Below, piece by piece: positions 47,101-61,200 of a stretch of 64,000 nucleotides of DNA. Position 1 is the stretch's first letter; every line of letters starts with the position of its first letter. The notes beneath the pieces were generated by a model that searched no databases, had not been told where the DNA came from, and was given only the letters and a program-made list of their open reading frames with translations. Source of the stretch: Lytechinus pictus (lineage: Eukaryota); the NCBI RefSeq assembly GCF_037042905.1, contig NC_087249.1:28272001-28336000 (forward strand), in the 5' to 3' direction. A program made the translations under genes and the position numbers.

Positions 47101-50100
47101 TAAAGTCAGGTAGACTGCGTAATTCCAAGCCATCGAAAGTGGGCCACAATTTTGCTATTATTCATTCAAGCAGGAAATTGATTCTTAAAATAGACACTCG
47201 AGGTGGTAGCTCCTCGGAAAAAAAATCCGGTCTCGTCACGCAACTGTTCCTGATCCTTAAAACGTTCTGATATATCCTCCCCAAGACACGCGAAAGGGAT
47301 TGTCATATCACGAAACAGATAAGATTATACATACATTGATTGAATTATTTCACCGGCACACTTTGATGAAATAAAAATAAATCCACGAAAGACTGAATAT
47401 ACTCTACTGCGGCGACTGCGCTTAATAAATGTTATTCTTTTTTTCTTAATGATGGAGTATAAGAATACTTTTGAAAACCGGATTTAAAGATTATTAATTA
47501 AAATCAAATCACATTCCTTGTGAGTTTTTTTAGAACAAAAATACTCCATAAAGAATAAAGACTTATCGCCCGTTTTCTTTATTTTTTTACATGATATTCT
47601 CTCAGAATTCTCACTTTTTAACAGTTTTTTTTTTTTTGGGGGGGGGGCTCACTCACATTATTGCGTTAATTACACGAGTGGTAAAAGCAAGCAAATTTGT
47701 GACTTGTGTATGACTTTTTTTTCTTATATTGAAGTAATTAATCGACATGGTGACTGATCTGTTTATTTTAGGAATGCCTCAGTTTTCATGTAAAGATGAA
47801 GACTGACAGATTCAGGTTAGGTGTCGATATAGTATTGACCCTCTTGATCTGCTCAAGATCGCCTCTGACTCAGATAGCTCTTGCAAATTTGTATTTTGGT
47901 TATCAGTCTTATTTTATTTCATTGAGAAGGAATTTGGAACGACATATAGGGGGGGGGGGCTGGGTGAAGTTACGTGGCGTATGACAGTGACGTATTTCCT
48001 TAGTTCATTTGAAATGGTGGTGATGGTGGGGGGGGGGTCGATATGCTGAACTTCTACCTTACGAAGATAGGACACCATAACCACATGATGAACTGGGTTT
48101 TGCCAAAAGAAATGACGTCCCGGAATCGAAATCAGTGGGGTGGTCCATATTTTACTTCCTGTGGATATGATAAAATAGTTTTTATAATTATCAACAAATC
48201 ACTAAATGAGAAACTACGAGAAACTAAATTATGTATTTTACATTAAAGGCAACTTATGCTTATATACTGTGACGTATTGAATCACGCCGGGCGGGACTAC
48301 GGAGGAGAAAGGGTAACCGCTTCATTGATTTTCACGTAGTGAATATAAAAAAAGGAGAAGAAAAAAAGAGGAAGAAAAGGGAATTAACAAAAGGAGACAG
48401 AAGAATATTCGAAAATTAAAAAGTTTAGGGGTCGTTTTAATTTAAAATTTAGGGGTCGTGTTAATTTTGTAATATCTGTTATTCAATCAACAAATATGGC
48501 CTCACCATTAAAGGCCTCCTTGCCCCCCCCCCCCACCAAATTACCGTTGCATCACCCCGTGTATGTAGAGCTATATTTCTAACCCCCTCGAGCCGCTTGA
48601 ATGTCTAAGTTATTGGCATATTCTGTTCCTGTAAACCAATCTTTCAAGAATTTTTTTTTCTTCAAAACTAAACTGAAATATCTGGGCCAGATCATAGACA
48701 GGTCAATTATATACATCCTATTTTAATATGATGTAAAAATCTTTGAAAGACTTATCTTAATCATATACCTTGGCATTCGACCAGATCAGGTGGGTATATA
48801 ATTATGGCGATCTATAGGATATGAAACGAATTTCGAAGTTTTCCTTTAAAAGGGTTCACATTTTAATTTCCGGCATAACGATTCTTCCATTCATTCATTG
48901 ACTAACAATTCGATATCATTTTTGGTTAAATCTTTTACTTTTTCATTGTTATATATACTACTCACTTATCTATTTATATCAATATTTCACAAATCATTAA
49001 AAAAATCTAAAGCTACTTTCCTATTTTTGGAAAAACATATACATCTATACCATGATACGTGTACATCTCAATAAAATGTGTAGAGGTAGACTTGAACGCA
49101 AAGATTTTGATCTGAGATGATTGCAAACCATAGTAAGGTTAAGCCAATCAAAAAATCTATAAAGAAAAAAGAGAAAACGATGGAACATTAGTGTATTTAC
49201 ATTATACAAAAACAATTATAGAAAAATACTGGTCTTTTAGTCAGTATCAATTAGTTTGTAGTCTACATATATATTTTACATAAAAGGTGAGATAATTGAT
49301 TTAATCAGTACGAATTAAGGACAGGTCCTTTACGCGTTTGATCGAAATCGGTTTTAAATGGCGTATGGTTTTGTGATTTGATTTGTGACTATCAATACTG
49401 ACAATCTTGTTAATTTGGCCTGATTTTTTTTTCAGTTTCTTTTTGTGTTATATATCGCAAAGACAAATAGGCTGCACCTATACATTACTTACAGACATAA
49501 GTAATCATTTCCGGGTCATGTCATTACTCAAATCACCAAACATTTAGAGGTGAATAAAGGAGAATGGTTCAATGTCAGATTAACGAGTCTACTTGTTTCC
49601 AACCTATAGAGTTGAATGTAATTGGTTCATTATTAAAAAAGTAATGAAAACTGCTCCTCACCAAAACAAACTAATTTTCCCTCACGAAAACACAGATGCA
49701 ATACATTATCGATGTATGCCTAAATGAGTTTGATAACAAAATGGAAAGGGAGCATAACATAATGTAAAACACCAATTAACTGTTGGAATGAATTAGCCAT
49801 TTGGAAGTAATAGATGACATGATTTGTCCGTTGTTGGGATAATGATTTTATTGGTCTCCAAACACTTAAGTGCCTGTAAATTATATCCAACCACGGTCCA
49901 CCACAACCTTCATTGCCACTTCCACGACCACAACCACCACCATCATCATCAACTTCTACCACAACCACGATCATCTCCTCTACCAACTATACCACCACTG
50001 CAATCTCGATCACCGTAACATATCCTTAATATTCTGATCAATATTTTCGTCCGATATCAGATACCTAACAAGATCAACAAAAATAATTTTACCTCACTTT

Positions 50101-52188
50101 GATTTCAATTCGATTCATGTATATATCCCACCCTCTCATCCAGACATATCCGCTGAACAAACAACCCACCATACCAGGACCCTGTTGCACAAAAGTTACC
50201 ATTATGGTAACTTTTGTGGAATCCTTGATTTTGATAGGCTGATGAGCATTGCTACCATGGTAGTTACCTTTAGATGGTTGAGTTACTATAATAGTAACTC
50301 AAGTTTGGGCAACGGGGCGCTAGTAATATTTATGATTGTAATAGACTGTCAAAAATACAATTCTTGGAGATCTAAATATACTACTAGTATTTCCTAGCAG
50401 CCAAGAAATCAAAAAATTTCAATTACTATTATACCAATACAAGAACGTGATTTTGTACTTTTTTAATTTCTCCGCCGCATATTGACCTTGATTCTGATAG
50501 AAATTTTTTAAAAGAAGGAATCTTTTTTTTTTTGCTAAAAAATGACAAATATTGAAAATCTTAATAAAATTATTTTTATGACATGCAACATCATATTTCT
50601 ACCCGTCCATCTGGTACAAGTAAAAATAAAATGAGAGAAATTAGATTAAAAAAAAAAAATATATATATATATACCTGCCCACATGAAAGAGCAAACCAAT
50701 TTACATCTTCGATGAACTCAGTTTCGATGTCTCACGATTTTCTGTACCCTGTTCAGGAAAGAGTTCCGTTTGTACGTAAACATGCAAGAGTGATCTCCAT
50801 TTCCGCAGTCATGGAAATTCCTGTCCTACCAATAGAATTATGCCCTACATCATGGGCGCGGATCCAGGTAAACACCCCCTTTATGGGAGGTCCGCCCCCG
50901 GTTTGAGATGATAACCTATTTTGAGGCAGTTGTGCCTTTTTCTGGAATGATAACCCCCTTTTCACTTACTTGTCAGGAATTTCTGAAGCTATTAGTTGTA
51001 TCTTTAGTGAAGTTACAAACGTAAAACAATAGATAGATTTTCATTAAGCTAGACAGACACAGTGACATGTTAATATATGAGCCCGTCTCCCCTAGTCTCG
51101 TCAAGTCTTCCACCACAACCATCTGAAAATGCCAAGGAAAGGGATCGTATATATGAAAATATAATCAATGATGTCTCAAATCAAAATGGCATTGAAATCA
51201 GAGAGGATTAGTTTTGTTTGGTTTGGTTTTATTCACGATTAATACAAAATGTATAAATCATATCGTAGGGATAACCAGTTTCAGATCGGCTATGAATAGC
51301 CAATCTGTTCTTTCCCCGGATTCCTAAAATTAAATAAATGAAATTAACATTATAATATCTATGACGATAACTATGCAGATTCCTACAACCACTGTACTTG
51401 TAAGCTATCATCAAGGCTGCAATTTAGAACTGGCAAACGTGGTATGGTTTATTGATCCCGAATTAAATGTAATTGTAAAAATGTCATTTGCAAAAAAATT
51501 TAATAAATAACCATGACGTATATGCATATAATTATGTATTCAGAGATTATTTGGGGGATTACGTTAAAGGTCATTTGTTAATGTAAGAGGACGTTAACTA
51601 CTACAACATATTGCATTGTTTTTTTTCTCCTGCAATTTACTATTCCTGACGTCATCAAAGCAACTTTTGAAAACAACGCTAATTCGCAGCGAACGAATGA
51701 CCTTTAGCAAAAGTTTATACATGAGGGATAATATATATCGGCGAGTTCTCAAATTAACCGAAATCTATGTATGTTGCCTTCATGATGACAGAGTGATAAC
51801 TTCACGCTTTTAAAGAAGGGAGGAAATTAATTATCGTCTGGCGAAACATCGGGCACATCTTGGGAAACACATGGTACGACAGAAGGTCGGTAAACATGAC
51901 TCGGCGCTGGATAAAACATGACAATATTGTTGAGTGCAAGAAGGATGCTTCATAAGTCATGATGACTGAAACTTTCAATACAATGTTCTAGTAAATTGTA
52001 AAATATAATAATGGAAATAACAATTGATTTTGACAATGAGCTCGAAAATTTTGAAAGTCATATTATTATGAAGTACAAAAAATGTTTATCGGATATATCT
52101 TATGAATAAAAGTTATCATTATGTGTCTCTTTCCTACCACGCCGTATCTAATTTCTTCCTCCCCTTGACTTGTAAGTTGATGACTCAC

Positions 52189-52258
52189 TGGCAGAACGCC
52201 CGCCTCGTGAACGGGAGGTCGTAGGTTCGATCCCCGGCCGAGTCATACCAAAGACTTA
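52189..52258 (+). mobile_element. tRNA-derived SINE 5' fragment
   Basis: GGCAGAACGCCCGCCTCGTGAACGGGAGGTCGTAGGTTCGATCCCCGGCCGAGTCATACCAAAGACTT; B box present, acceptor stem incomplete. Confidence 0.65.
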
Positions 52259-53607
52259 ATAATATTATGGATCCTACTAGATCCATGATAAAATGAAACT
52301 CTCTGCATTGTTGTCTAACGCTCGACGTATTAGAATTTTGGTTTAATTTTACATTAATCATCAACCGATTGGAGGAAACAAAAATAGACACACAACCTCA
52401 CTGTATATGTCGTCACCCATATATTCTAAATATTTCAAAACTTCTACAGGACACTGCGAACTAAAGTCATTATCTTGAATAGCTTATTTGAGTAGAAGGG
52501 TACCTGCTAAGGCTATCAGGAAGGATGAAAGGAAGTACATCATTTGAATTGATTTAAAGAAGGACAAACTGATAATCCATTTCAACTATTGAAATATCAA
52601 CTAGTGTTTAATGAGATATCCTTCGGTTGATATTCATTATTACTAAACATAGATAATAGTTAAAGAAATTAATTGATTGTTATAAAGACTCATGGTGAAG
52701 AGCATTATAAGCCAGATGTTATTACCAACAAATCCGAGTGTTTCCGGCCATACTATTGTTTCGAGTAAACTAATATTTTATTTCATTTTTAAATGACATT
52801 AGTTTGAATTCCTGGAATATAAATATCAAAGAACGAAATTTTCGAAGACAACATGACATGAAGTTAAGTATGACTCAAATTCAAGCAGCTAAGCAGAATT
52901 GAATAACATGAATAATGTCATCAATGAAAAGATGTTTCAATGAATAACTTTGTACATTTGTGTTTCCGTATAAAACAAGTTCTTTATTTTTCTGACTTCT
53001 AAATGTTTGTTTTAATTTCTGAAAGTTGAAATCAATCTGCGTTTTATTTTTTTGGTTTGTGTGTGTTTACTTGCAACTCTTTCTCTAACCGTTGATTTAA
53101 CCATTTAGTCATATTAGAGAATGTGTGTGGAGGGTGAGGGTCTAGGATATATAAAGAAAATAAAGTGAGGTCATTTGGACTTGTGAAAACACACACGATT
53201 AGTCACTTTTTTCCTAGATAACTCATAAACTACTATTAAAAAACTGCCCATTTCACGCTTGCTTTCATTCTTCACTTACTAATTCTATCGTTATCTTTCC
53301 ATTATATCTCTGTTATTGTTTGCTGTCATCGCTAACTCCTTTTAATTGCCATTCATTAGGAGTATTGCATAAGCTTCACGAAGTCATCTTCGCAATGTTT
53401 TTTCCGCCAACAATCTTTGCAATATCATCATGATCACGATTTCTAACGGGTTTTTTTGTCCGGTGTCCTTGTCTGATCTGATCTTATTCTCTATAAACAT
53501 TTAAAAGTTTACAACGAAGAAGGGCTGGTTCCTCTTTTGGATGGGGGGGGGGGGGGAGTCATGGCCCTGGAAAGCGAGCCCATTTATTTATTGTTATCAT
53601 TAATTTA

Positions 53608-53651
<44 letters not shown>

Positions 53652-54887
53652 CTTCTCACCATTTTTTTTTCAAAACCAGCACCCAATTTTCAAAGAGCGT
53701 TTCCATGCCTTTGGCGGAGATATTAATGTGTTATGGTGAGTAAAATAAATACACATGAGACAGACAGATACGTGGTAAATTGATTATGAAGAAAGTAAAT
53801 AAGTTAGTGATTAAAGAAAGAAAACACCCCTAAGAACTGCAATTTTTTTAACCATCCAAAAGCGCTCAAGTTGGTACTTGGTTTTGGATGCGCCTAAAAA
53901 ATTAATTATTTTACAGTTTGATAAATTCAAAAAGAGAGAAAAAAAACTTAAAACGATATGTATAGGGTATGTATGTGAGTGCATTGGCAGCTACAGAAAC
54001 AAAATTTTTGAAACTGACGGTTGGAAGCGAGGGAAAGATGGGAGCCATAAACATTCGGTTATAGCGAAAGCTACCCCTTCCTTTTAAAAATCCAACCACA
54101 ATCACGTTCTTTGCACGACTGAAATTCCCTAAACCTTTAAAATGAGTTATGAGTGATATAATCGCACGAGTTTAATCTGACGACAGCAGACTTTATCAAC
54201 TATTTCCCTGCCGCTTCCACTCGACCTACTGAGGTACGTCAGCCGAGATTTTCCTATTCTACATATTTACTGAAAATAAAGAAACTGGTTAAATTAGTAG
54301 GGTACCTACTTCTCTATAACATGATTCATCCTGATATTTATGCCATGATAACAAAGTTCATTATATTCATATCATAAACTAAGATAAAAATATACCCTTC
54401 CCCCAAACCACTAGCGTACCTACGGGGGGGGGCAGACTGCCCCTCCCCCTGACAAGTCAAAACCCATGCAAGGGACATATCCCTGCCTCCCCCTGACGAG
54501 TCTTGAAGACTTTTTTTTTTTTTTTTTTTTTTGCTTGTCAATTTTTTTTCTGGTACGAAATCCTTAATTTGTGGTTGAAGACCTTTTTTTATTTTTTATT
54601 TTTTGTCAATTTTTTTGGCGGACGAGATCCTTTATTTGTGGTTGAAGACTTTTTTTTTGCTTTTTGGCTGACGAATTTGCCCCCCCCTGTGGAAAATCCT
54701 AGGTACGCCACTGCCCCAAACTGGACGATGTTTGTAACTCCATTTCCACCTTATATTCAATTGCATTAAGTACTTCAAAAGTTGTAACTTGCATCCCCAC
54801 CCGTATTTTTTTTTCGACATTAAACTGTTTATTTCAGTATGACATCGTATTTAGCGTGTCACACAGGGGTAGTCGAATAGAAATTAA

Positions 54888-55441
54888 AGGGATACTCCGG
54901 GCTGAAAAAAATTCTACCTAAATAAATAAAATAAATTCACAGAGCAAAATGCTTAAAATTTCATCAAAATCTGATGACAAATAGTGAAGTTATGGCAGTT
55001 AAAAAATTTGCATAATTCCGTTGAAACAGTTCTAGGCATGTCTTCATGAATATTCATTGAGCAAACTGATGACACATCCCCACTTGTTCCTTTGTATTTC
55101 ATTATATGAAATTAGGTTTATTCAAATTTGTTCCTTCATGAACCATAACTATTGGAATATCAACTGATTAAGTGCATCAAATATTCACTGCTGCAACTTA
55201 TTTCATTACAAGGGAGAAACACATTTTGTATGGAAAAATGAAACAATTATGATTTCATGTAATAACATAAGAAAAGGGAAAGTGGGGATGTGACATCATC
55301 AGCCAATCTAATGAATTTTCATGACAACGTGCATGTAACTTCGCTATTTGTCATCAGATTTTGATGAAATTTTCAGCATTTTGCTCTGTGAATTTTACGC
55401 TATTTATTTAGATGTAAATATTTTCAGCCTGGAGCATCCCT
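54888..55441. mobile_element. Kolobok-like MITE
   Basis: TTAA|AGGGATACTCCGGGCTGAAAA ... TTTTCAGCCTGGAGCATCCCT|TTAA; extended imperfect arms (AAATTTCATCAAAATCTGATGACAAATAG inverted). Confidence 0.8.
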
Positions 55442-55872
55442 TTAAGATCAACCGAGGCGAACGGCGAGGCACTAATTGGCACTTAGTCCCCAGAGTAGGT
55501 CCGTGTTCTGATGTCAGACCGCTTCCTGAATTGGTTAAATGAAAGTAAAATGAACGCAGTTCAGTGTGATATGAGAGAGTCAAGGATATGAAGTGTGAGA
55601 TGGGAAGTACGGATACGGGGTGAATGTGACGATAGAGGATTAATAAAAAATATCAGCGAAGGAGAAAGTAAATCTTGAACAAAATTCTTTCTCCAGTGAG
55701 TAAAATGCCTAATCACCGTCACATATTCAGAATTTTTGAATCAACATTGAGGAACCACTAGATAGTATATGAAGCTCATATTTCTTCGTACGTAATATTT
55801 TTTTAATGCCTCTTTCCCTTCTCAGATTTCCATTTATCTAACGAAGACGACTGCATTCAGTTGATGTTTCAG

Positions 55873-56615
55873 TCCATCCCTCCTTCCATCCATCAGTCAG
55901 TCAACCTGTCAGTCGATCAATCCATCAATCATTCAATCAGTCAGTCACTCAATCAATCCATCCATCAATCAGTCAGTCACTCAATCAATCCATCCATCCA
56001 TCCATCAGTCAGTCAGTCACTCAATCAATCCATCCATCAATCAGTCAGTCACTCAATCAATCCATCCATCCATCCATCAGTCAGTCAGTCACTCAATCAA
56101 TCCATCCATCAGTCAGTCAGTCACTCAATCAATCCATCANNNNNNNNNNNNNNNNNNNNNNNNNNNNNNNNNNNNNNNNNNNNNNNNNNNNNNNNNNNNN
56201 NNNNNNNNNNNNNNNNNNNNNNNNNNNNNNNNNNNNNNNNNNNNNNNNNNNNNNNNNNNNNNNNNNNNNNNNNNNNNNNNNNNNNNNNNNNNNNNNNNNN
56301 NNNNNNNNNNNNNNNNNNNNNNNNNNNNNNNNNNNNNNNNNNNNNNNNNNNNNNNNNNNNNNNNNNNNNNNNNNNNNNNNNNNNNNNNNNNNNNNNNNNN
56401 NNNNNNNNNNNNNNNNNNNNNNNNNNNNNNNNNNNNNNNNNNNNNNNNNNNNNNNNNNNNNNNNNNNNNNNNNNNNNNNNNNNNNNNNNNNNNNNCTCAA
56501 TCAATCCATCCATCCATCCCATCCATCCATTCATTCATCCCTCCATCCCATCCTCCATCCATCAATTGTCCGACCGAACGACCGACCGCCCACCCACCCA
56601 ACCAACCAACCAATC
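55873..56615. repeat. Compound tetranucleotide satellite (TCAG/TCAA/TCCA) spanning an assembly gap
   Basis: Higher-order 32/36-bp units TCAGTCAGTCACTCAATCAATCCATCCATC.. Confidence 0.9.
56140..56495. other. Assembly gap (N run)
   Basis: Ns. Confidence 1.
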
Positions 56616-58140
56616 CCCTGAACAAAATCAAATGAGCATTACAAAATCTAAATCATAATTATAAAGGAATAAAGCAACAACAAATGCACACATGTAAGTT
56701 CATGCATTTCACGTTATATCTTCTTCATTTATATTTTGAAATAAAACATCAAGTCACTGACTGAAGTCGTCATACATTGTTAAAGTACATACAAACACAT
56801 TATTCATTCAAATGAATTGACGAGTTTGGTACATCTTAACATATGACTATAAATACAAAAGAGAGAAAACTCTAAATACAACCAAGTCATGTGAGCTGAT
56901 AGAGGTTGGTAGGAATGAATCAAACATTCATACATAACAAGTACATTATAGAAATGTACAGTGATAAATTCCACTTATAAAATAATTGTAATTGTGATAA
57001 ACATTAATTCAACTTCATCATATTTATTAGTTATATTCTTTCTTTTCCTTGGAGGGTGGTGATGGCACACAGATTTCACAGGTGCATGTCTATTAAGAAA
57101 ATTGAAAACTATTTTGTACTTGCTTAATGCTAATCTATGAATTAAGAGGTTTCAAATGAACCTAATGGAATCAGGGATAATTAAGCACCATCTTCCATAT
57201 CATGATACTCATCATCCTCATCATGATCGTGATCATCCTCACCATGGTCATGATCTATGACCATCATTCTCATTATCATCCTCATCAAAATCACAACCAT
57301 CCTCCTCATAATGATCATATCATCCTCATCATGATCCTGATCATCAATCATTCATGTGTAATATTCATTGACATATGATCCTTTTGCATCTTTAAATAGT
57401 TTCCTCTTTTCTCAACGTGGTCCACCCTTGAGTGTTTCTGATCACCATCCTTCCTGTAGAATTAATATGCTGAAACATGCACTGATAAATGGTTTATTTC
57501 CACATTTTCCTTACTCCCCCAAATTTTCCTTTAATTCCAAGAGCAGAAAAATTAATGATTCATAAATCATATGTTTGACAAATATCGATGTACTTCAGAA
57601 TAAGCAAGTTTGTTTACAGGATTATAAAGCTGATCTGAGTACAATGTAGGCAGGCTTGGTGAAAGTGAGAAAACAATACTCACATTCAAATATGATGAAT
57701 CATTACATGCCTGATTTTCAGAAGAAATCAACAAATTCATTAACTTTTCTCAAGTTTTGCTTCTGAAACACAAATTTTGAAATTCCCTCACCAGAACAAG
57801 ACAGGTTCAAATTTGATTTGCCTTTTTCCAAAAACACAAACCAAATGAATAAACCAGAAAAATATGACTTAGACTATTTTGGGATGGACTTTTCATCTCC
57901 ATTTTCAATTCTCTTTATATACACACACCCAACAATCTCACATTGTTTATCGCAATACAGGTGACAGAGCCTTTAGATCTCATAAGATCTTTAAGGGAAG
58001 AGGACATGTCCATGAATAAAACCACCAAGTACTCTCCCCCAGAAAAACACTGATTGAGGAAAGACACAATCTTACATAATTAGGAAGACATTAATTAAAA
58101 GGAGGAAGAATCAAGGGGAGCTGCAAGGCGACTGAAGTAA

Positions 58141-58296
58141 TCAAATGTTCCAGTTTTCTGTGCGGACCTCGATGGTTGACACAAGTCCTCGTCCCATGGT
58201 TTGGAAATCTTGTAGGATGCCCTCTATGTTGGGGATGACTTGGGGCGTCTTTGACGACGATGATGACGAGGGTATCTTGGCTTGGGCTTGAAGAGG
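58141..58296 (-). CDS. NOL6: NOL6 terminal exon
   Basis: PLQAQAKIPSSSSSSKTPQVIPNIEGILQDFQTMGRGLVSTIEVRTENWNI*. Confidence 0.88.
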   Translation of the reverse strand, partial: PLQAQAKIPSSSSSSKTPQVIPNIEGILQDFQTMGRGLVSTIEVRTENWNI

Positions 58297-61200
58297 CTGA
58301 CATTGCAAAATGTTTGGAAAATTACGAGAAATAGTGAGAAAAGTCATTAAGGTTCAATAGCACTGGGAAGGGGGGAAGGGGTCGGTTTCATAAAGCTGTT
58401 TGTAAAACTACAATTGATTTTACAGTTTACAAACAATTGGAATGTGAAGTGATAGACTGTCAGCCAGTTTCTTTTGATCATGCGAGGTAAGGATAAAATA
58501 CTGTACGAAATCAATCAACTTCCATTGTACAACATATTCTTACTACATTGATTGTAATCCAACTTAATACACAAAGTACAGAAGTAAACTGGTATGAAGG
58601 CTAAAATTAGCCCGAATAAATTGATTCATCCTGATTATTAATTCCTCTCAAAAAGGCCGATATGACAGAGGCCATCTCTGAGAGTAAGCCGACATCAGTC
58701 CAAGGCGACATCAAACTGTAAAGCCTCATTTATCTGGATGTTAAGGTCATGGAACTCAAGAAAAAAATGTGTATGGCAAGTTCCCCCAAGTCTGCGCAGT
58801 CCCCCTTGTCTGCGCACACGCGTATCTGCGCGATTCTAGTAAAAGAAAATATGCAACAAGCACGAACTCTACACATGCAATACATAGACAGGTATTCACA
58901 AAAAAAAATCCGACTCAAAATGATGGGAAAATAATAATTTTAGGGCATTTCATGTGACGGCCTCAAAATGCAGCCTTTCTCAACAAAATCCCTGAATCAT
59001 GTGCAAAGTGAATGAGTGCGCAGACATGGGGTACCATTTTTTTTTTCAATCTGAAAATGACAGCCCGAGGTTTTTTCACGAAAATCCTATATTTTCTTTC
59101 ATTTTTTAATGAGAAATTTGGTAAACTTACTAACAATAATATAAGGAACATTATTAACTGAAAGATTTTGTGAAATAAGAAGAAATACATGTTAAATCTT
59201 AACTCAAATTGTTAGGTGCGCAGCCTTGGGGCCCACCATTATACTTTAATGACATTTTTTTAAGAGGCTAACTTAGATAAGTAGTTTTACTTTTGTTATC
59301 CTCCATTTCACAACATTCACACATCAATTCATGTAAGTTGAGATCACCTTGAAAGGTTGTGGTTTAAATGCAGGTCTATTCCATACTACCGCAATGAGAT
59401 CACCTCCGTATGTATCATGGAAGAACAAGGCTACGTCCTCAAAGGCTTCCTGGAGTTATGCAAAACAAACATTCATCACAACAAAATATTAATCAAAAAT
59501 ACATTTGTCCGCAAATCGGAATGTCGGTTATGAAAAATCATCTCAATGAATATCATAGAGATTGACTCATATCTGAAAAAGATTTTTTTTTCCCCATGAG
59601 CTTAAAGTGCACATTTTGAAATGTCTTATTTGAAAGATTTCTTTATCCACATGGGGTTGTACTCAGAATTCATTTTATTTTGCCCCACTCTTTTACACAA
59701 TAAGATAGAACAAGGTTTAGGACATAACTAGATTATTCATTAATTTTTATGATATACTTTATAATAATTAGACCAAATACTTCATATTTTGTTTTATCAA
59801 AGGGATAACACATGGTTTACTTCTTAGGGTTATATTTTTTCTGTAAAAACTATTGTAAAAATGTTTGTATCAGTGACTTTTTGTGTTGAACTTTAGTCTC
59901 ATGACTGAAAATAATGTCTGTAGGCTTATAAGTCCTTGAGCAAAATCTATGTAATTGCACTGTAATGTAATAATGTCGATTTCATATGTTTCTTGATAGT
60001 ATGTTCTTATGATTGTCCTATGTATATTGTGCAGGGCCCTAATTGAGAACAGTATTTTAATCACTGAACAGACTAGCCTTGGTATAAAGGACAAATAAAT
60101 AAATAAATAAATGTAATACAAATAGATATTACTAAATATAAACACTAAATTTATCAGTGTAACAATTAACATGTTCAATGTTCACATTAAATAAAGCACT
60201 GATGGACACTAAAATGAAAAGTGCATCATGTTGTAAGGATCTCAGCTTATGACTCACTCTAAGTTCATTGAGGTAACACTGCACAGGGTCAAAGTTCACC
60301 ACTGGTATGTGCTTGGCCTCAAGGGTAGGTTTGAGGGTCAATGAACTTTCTAATGAGTCAGAATCCACTGCCTGGTGCCTCCTGGGAAGAAGCTTGGCTC
60401 GTAGATGGATGACCACGTCATAAGGGTCAAGCGGAGGTCGGAAGATTTGCTGTCAAGATTAAATATGAAATCCATTTCATTTCTTTCTTTTTTTTCCACA
60501 AAAACAAATATTACTAAAATATATACAAAGAAAGGTAGCCGTACACTATAGAAGTCAAGTACGGTACATTACACGCATATTATCATCAGTAACACTAATA
60601 TCTTTGAAACAGAATGCAAGTTAAGTGGTAGGAATTTCTGAAAGAAGGATCACAACCAATTATACAAGTAAAATATATTAATTTCTTTTTTAGTGGCTGT
60701 TGAACATATTTGTAATTTTTTTTTAATTTGATAATACATTTACAGTGTTACTGCTTTGACCCTCTTTTCTGATTTTTGGTACCAAATGTGCGAGATTTGG
60801 AAGAGAAATCTTCCCTTCCAACGTGTTACAATGTATAATGCTTGAGCAACAATCGTTATCTATATGCAGGGGGTAATTTTTATCCCATAAACTGATGGAT
60901 TAGGAAGGGGAGGATTAGGATTAAGCTTATCTTTAACATTCCAAGACAAACTTGAAAGGGAAGGAACCTAGTATAGTGATTGTTACCTTGAAATCAATAC
61001 TGGGTGTGGATGGCTCAGTCAGCTGCTGATGTAAGACTTTGAATGATTCCCGGGCAAGCTCAACAAGTCTTTGGAAAATCTGGATAAAGTGCATTCAAGA
61101 AAAGCTTTGCTAAAAACAAATAGGCTATGTGAAAATGGGAGCATCTGAAACAAAACAAAAACCCACTTCTTTCTGCCTCCAATTATTATATTGGTACTAC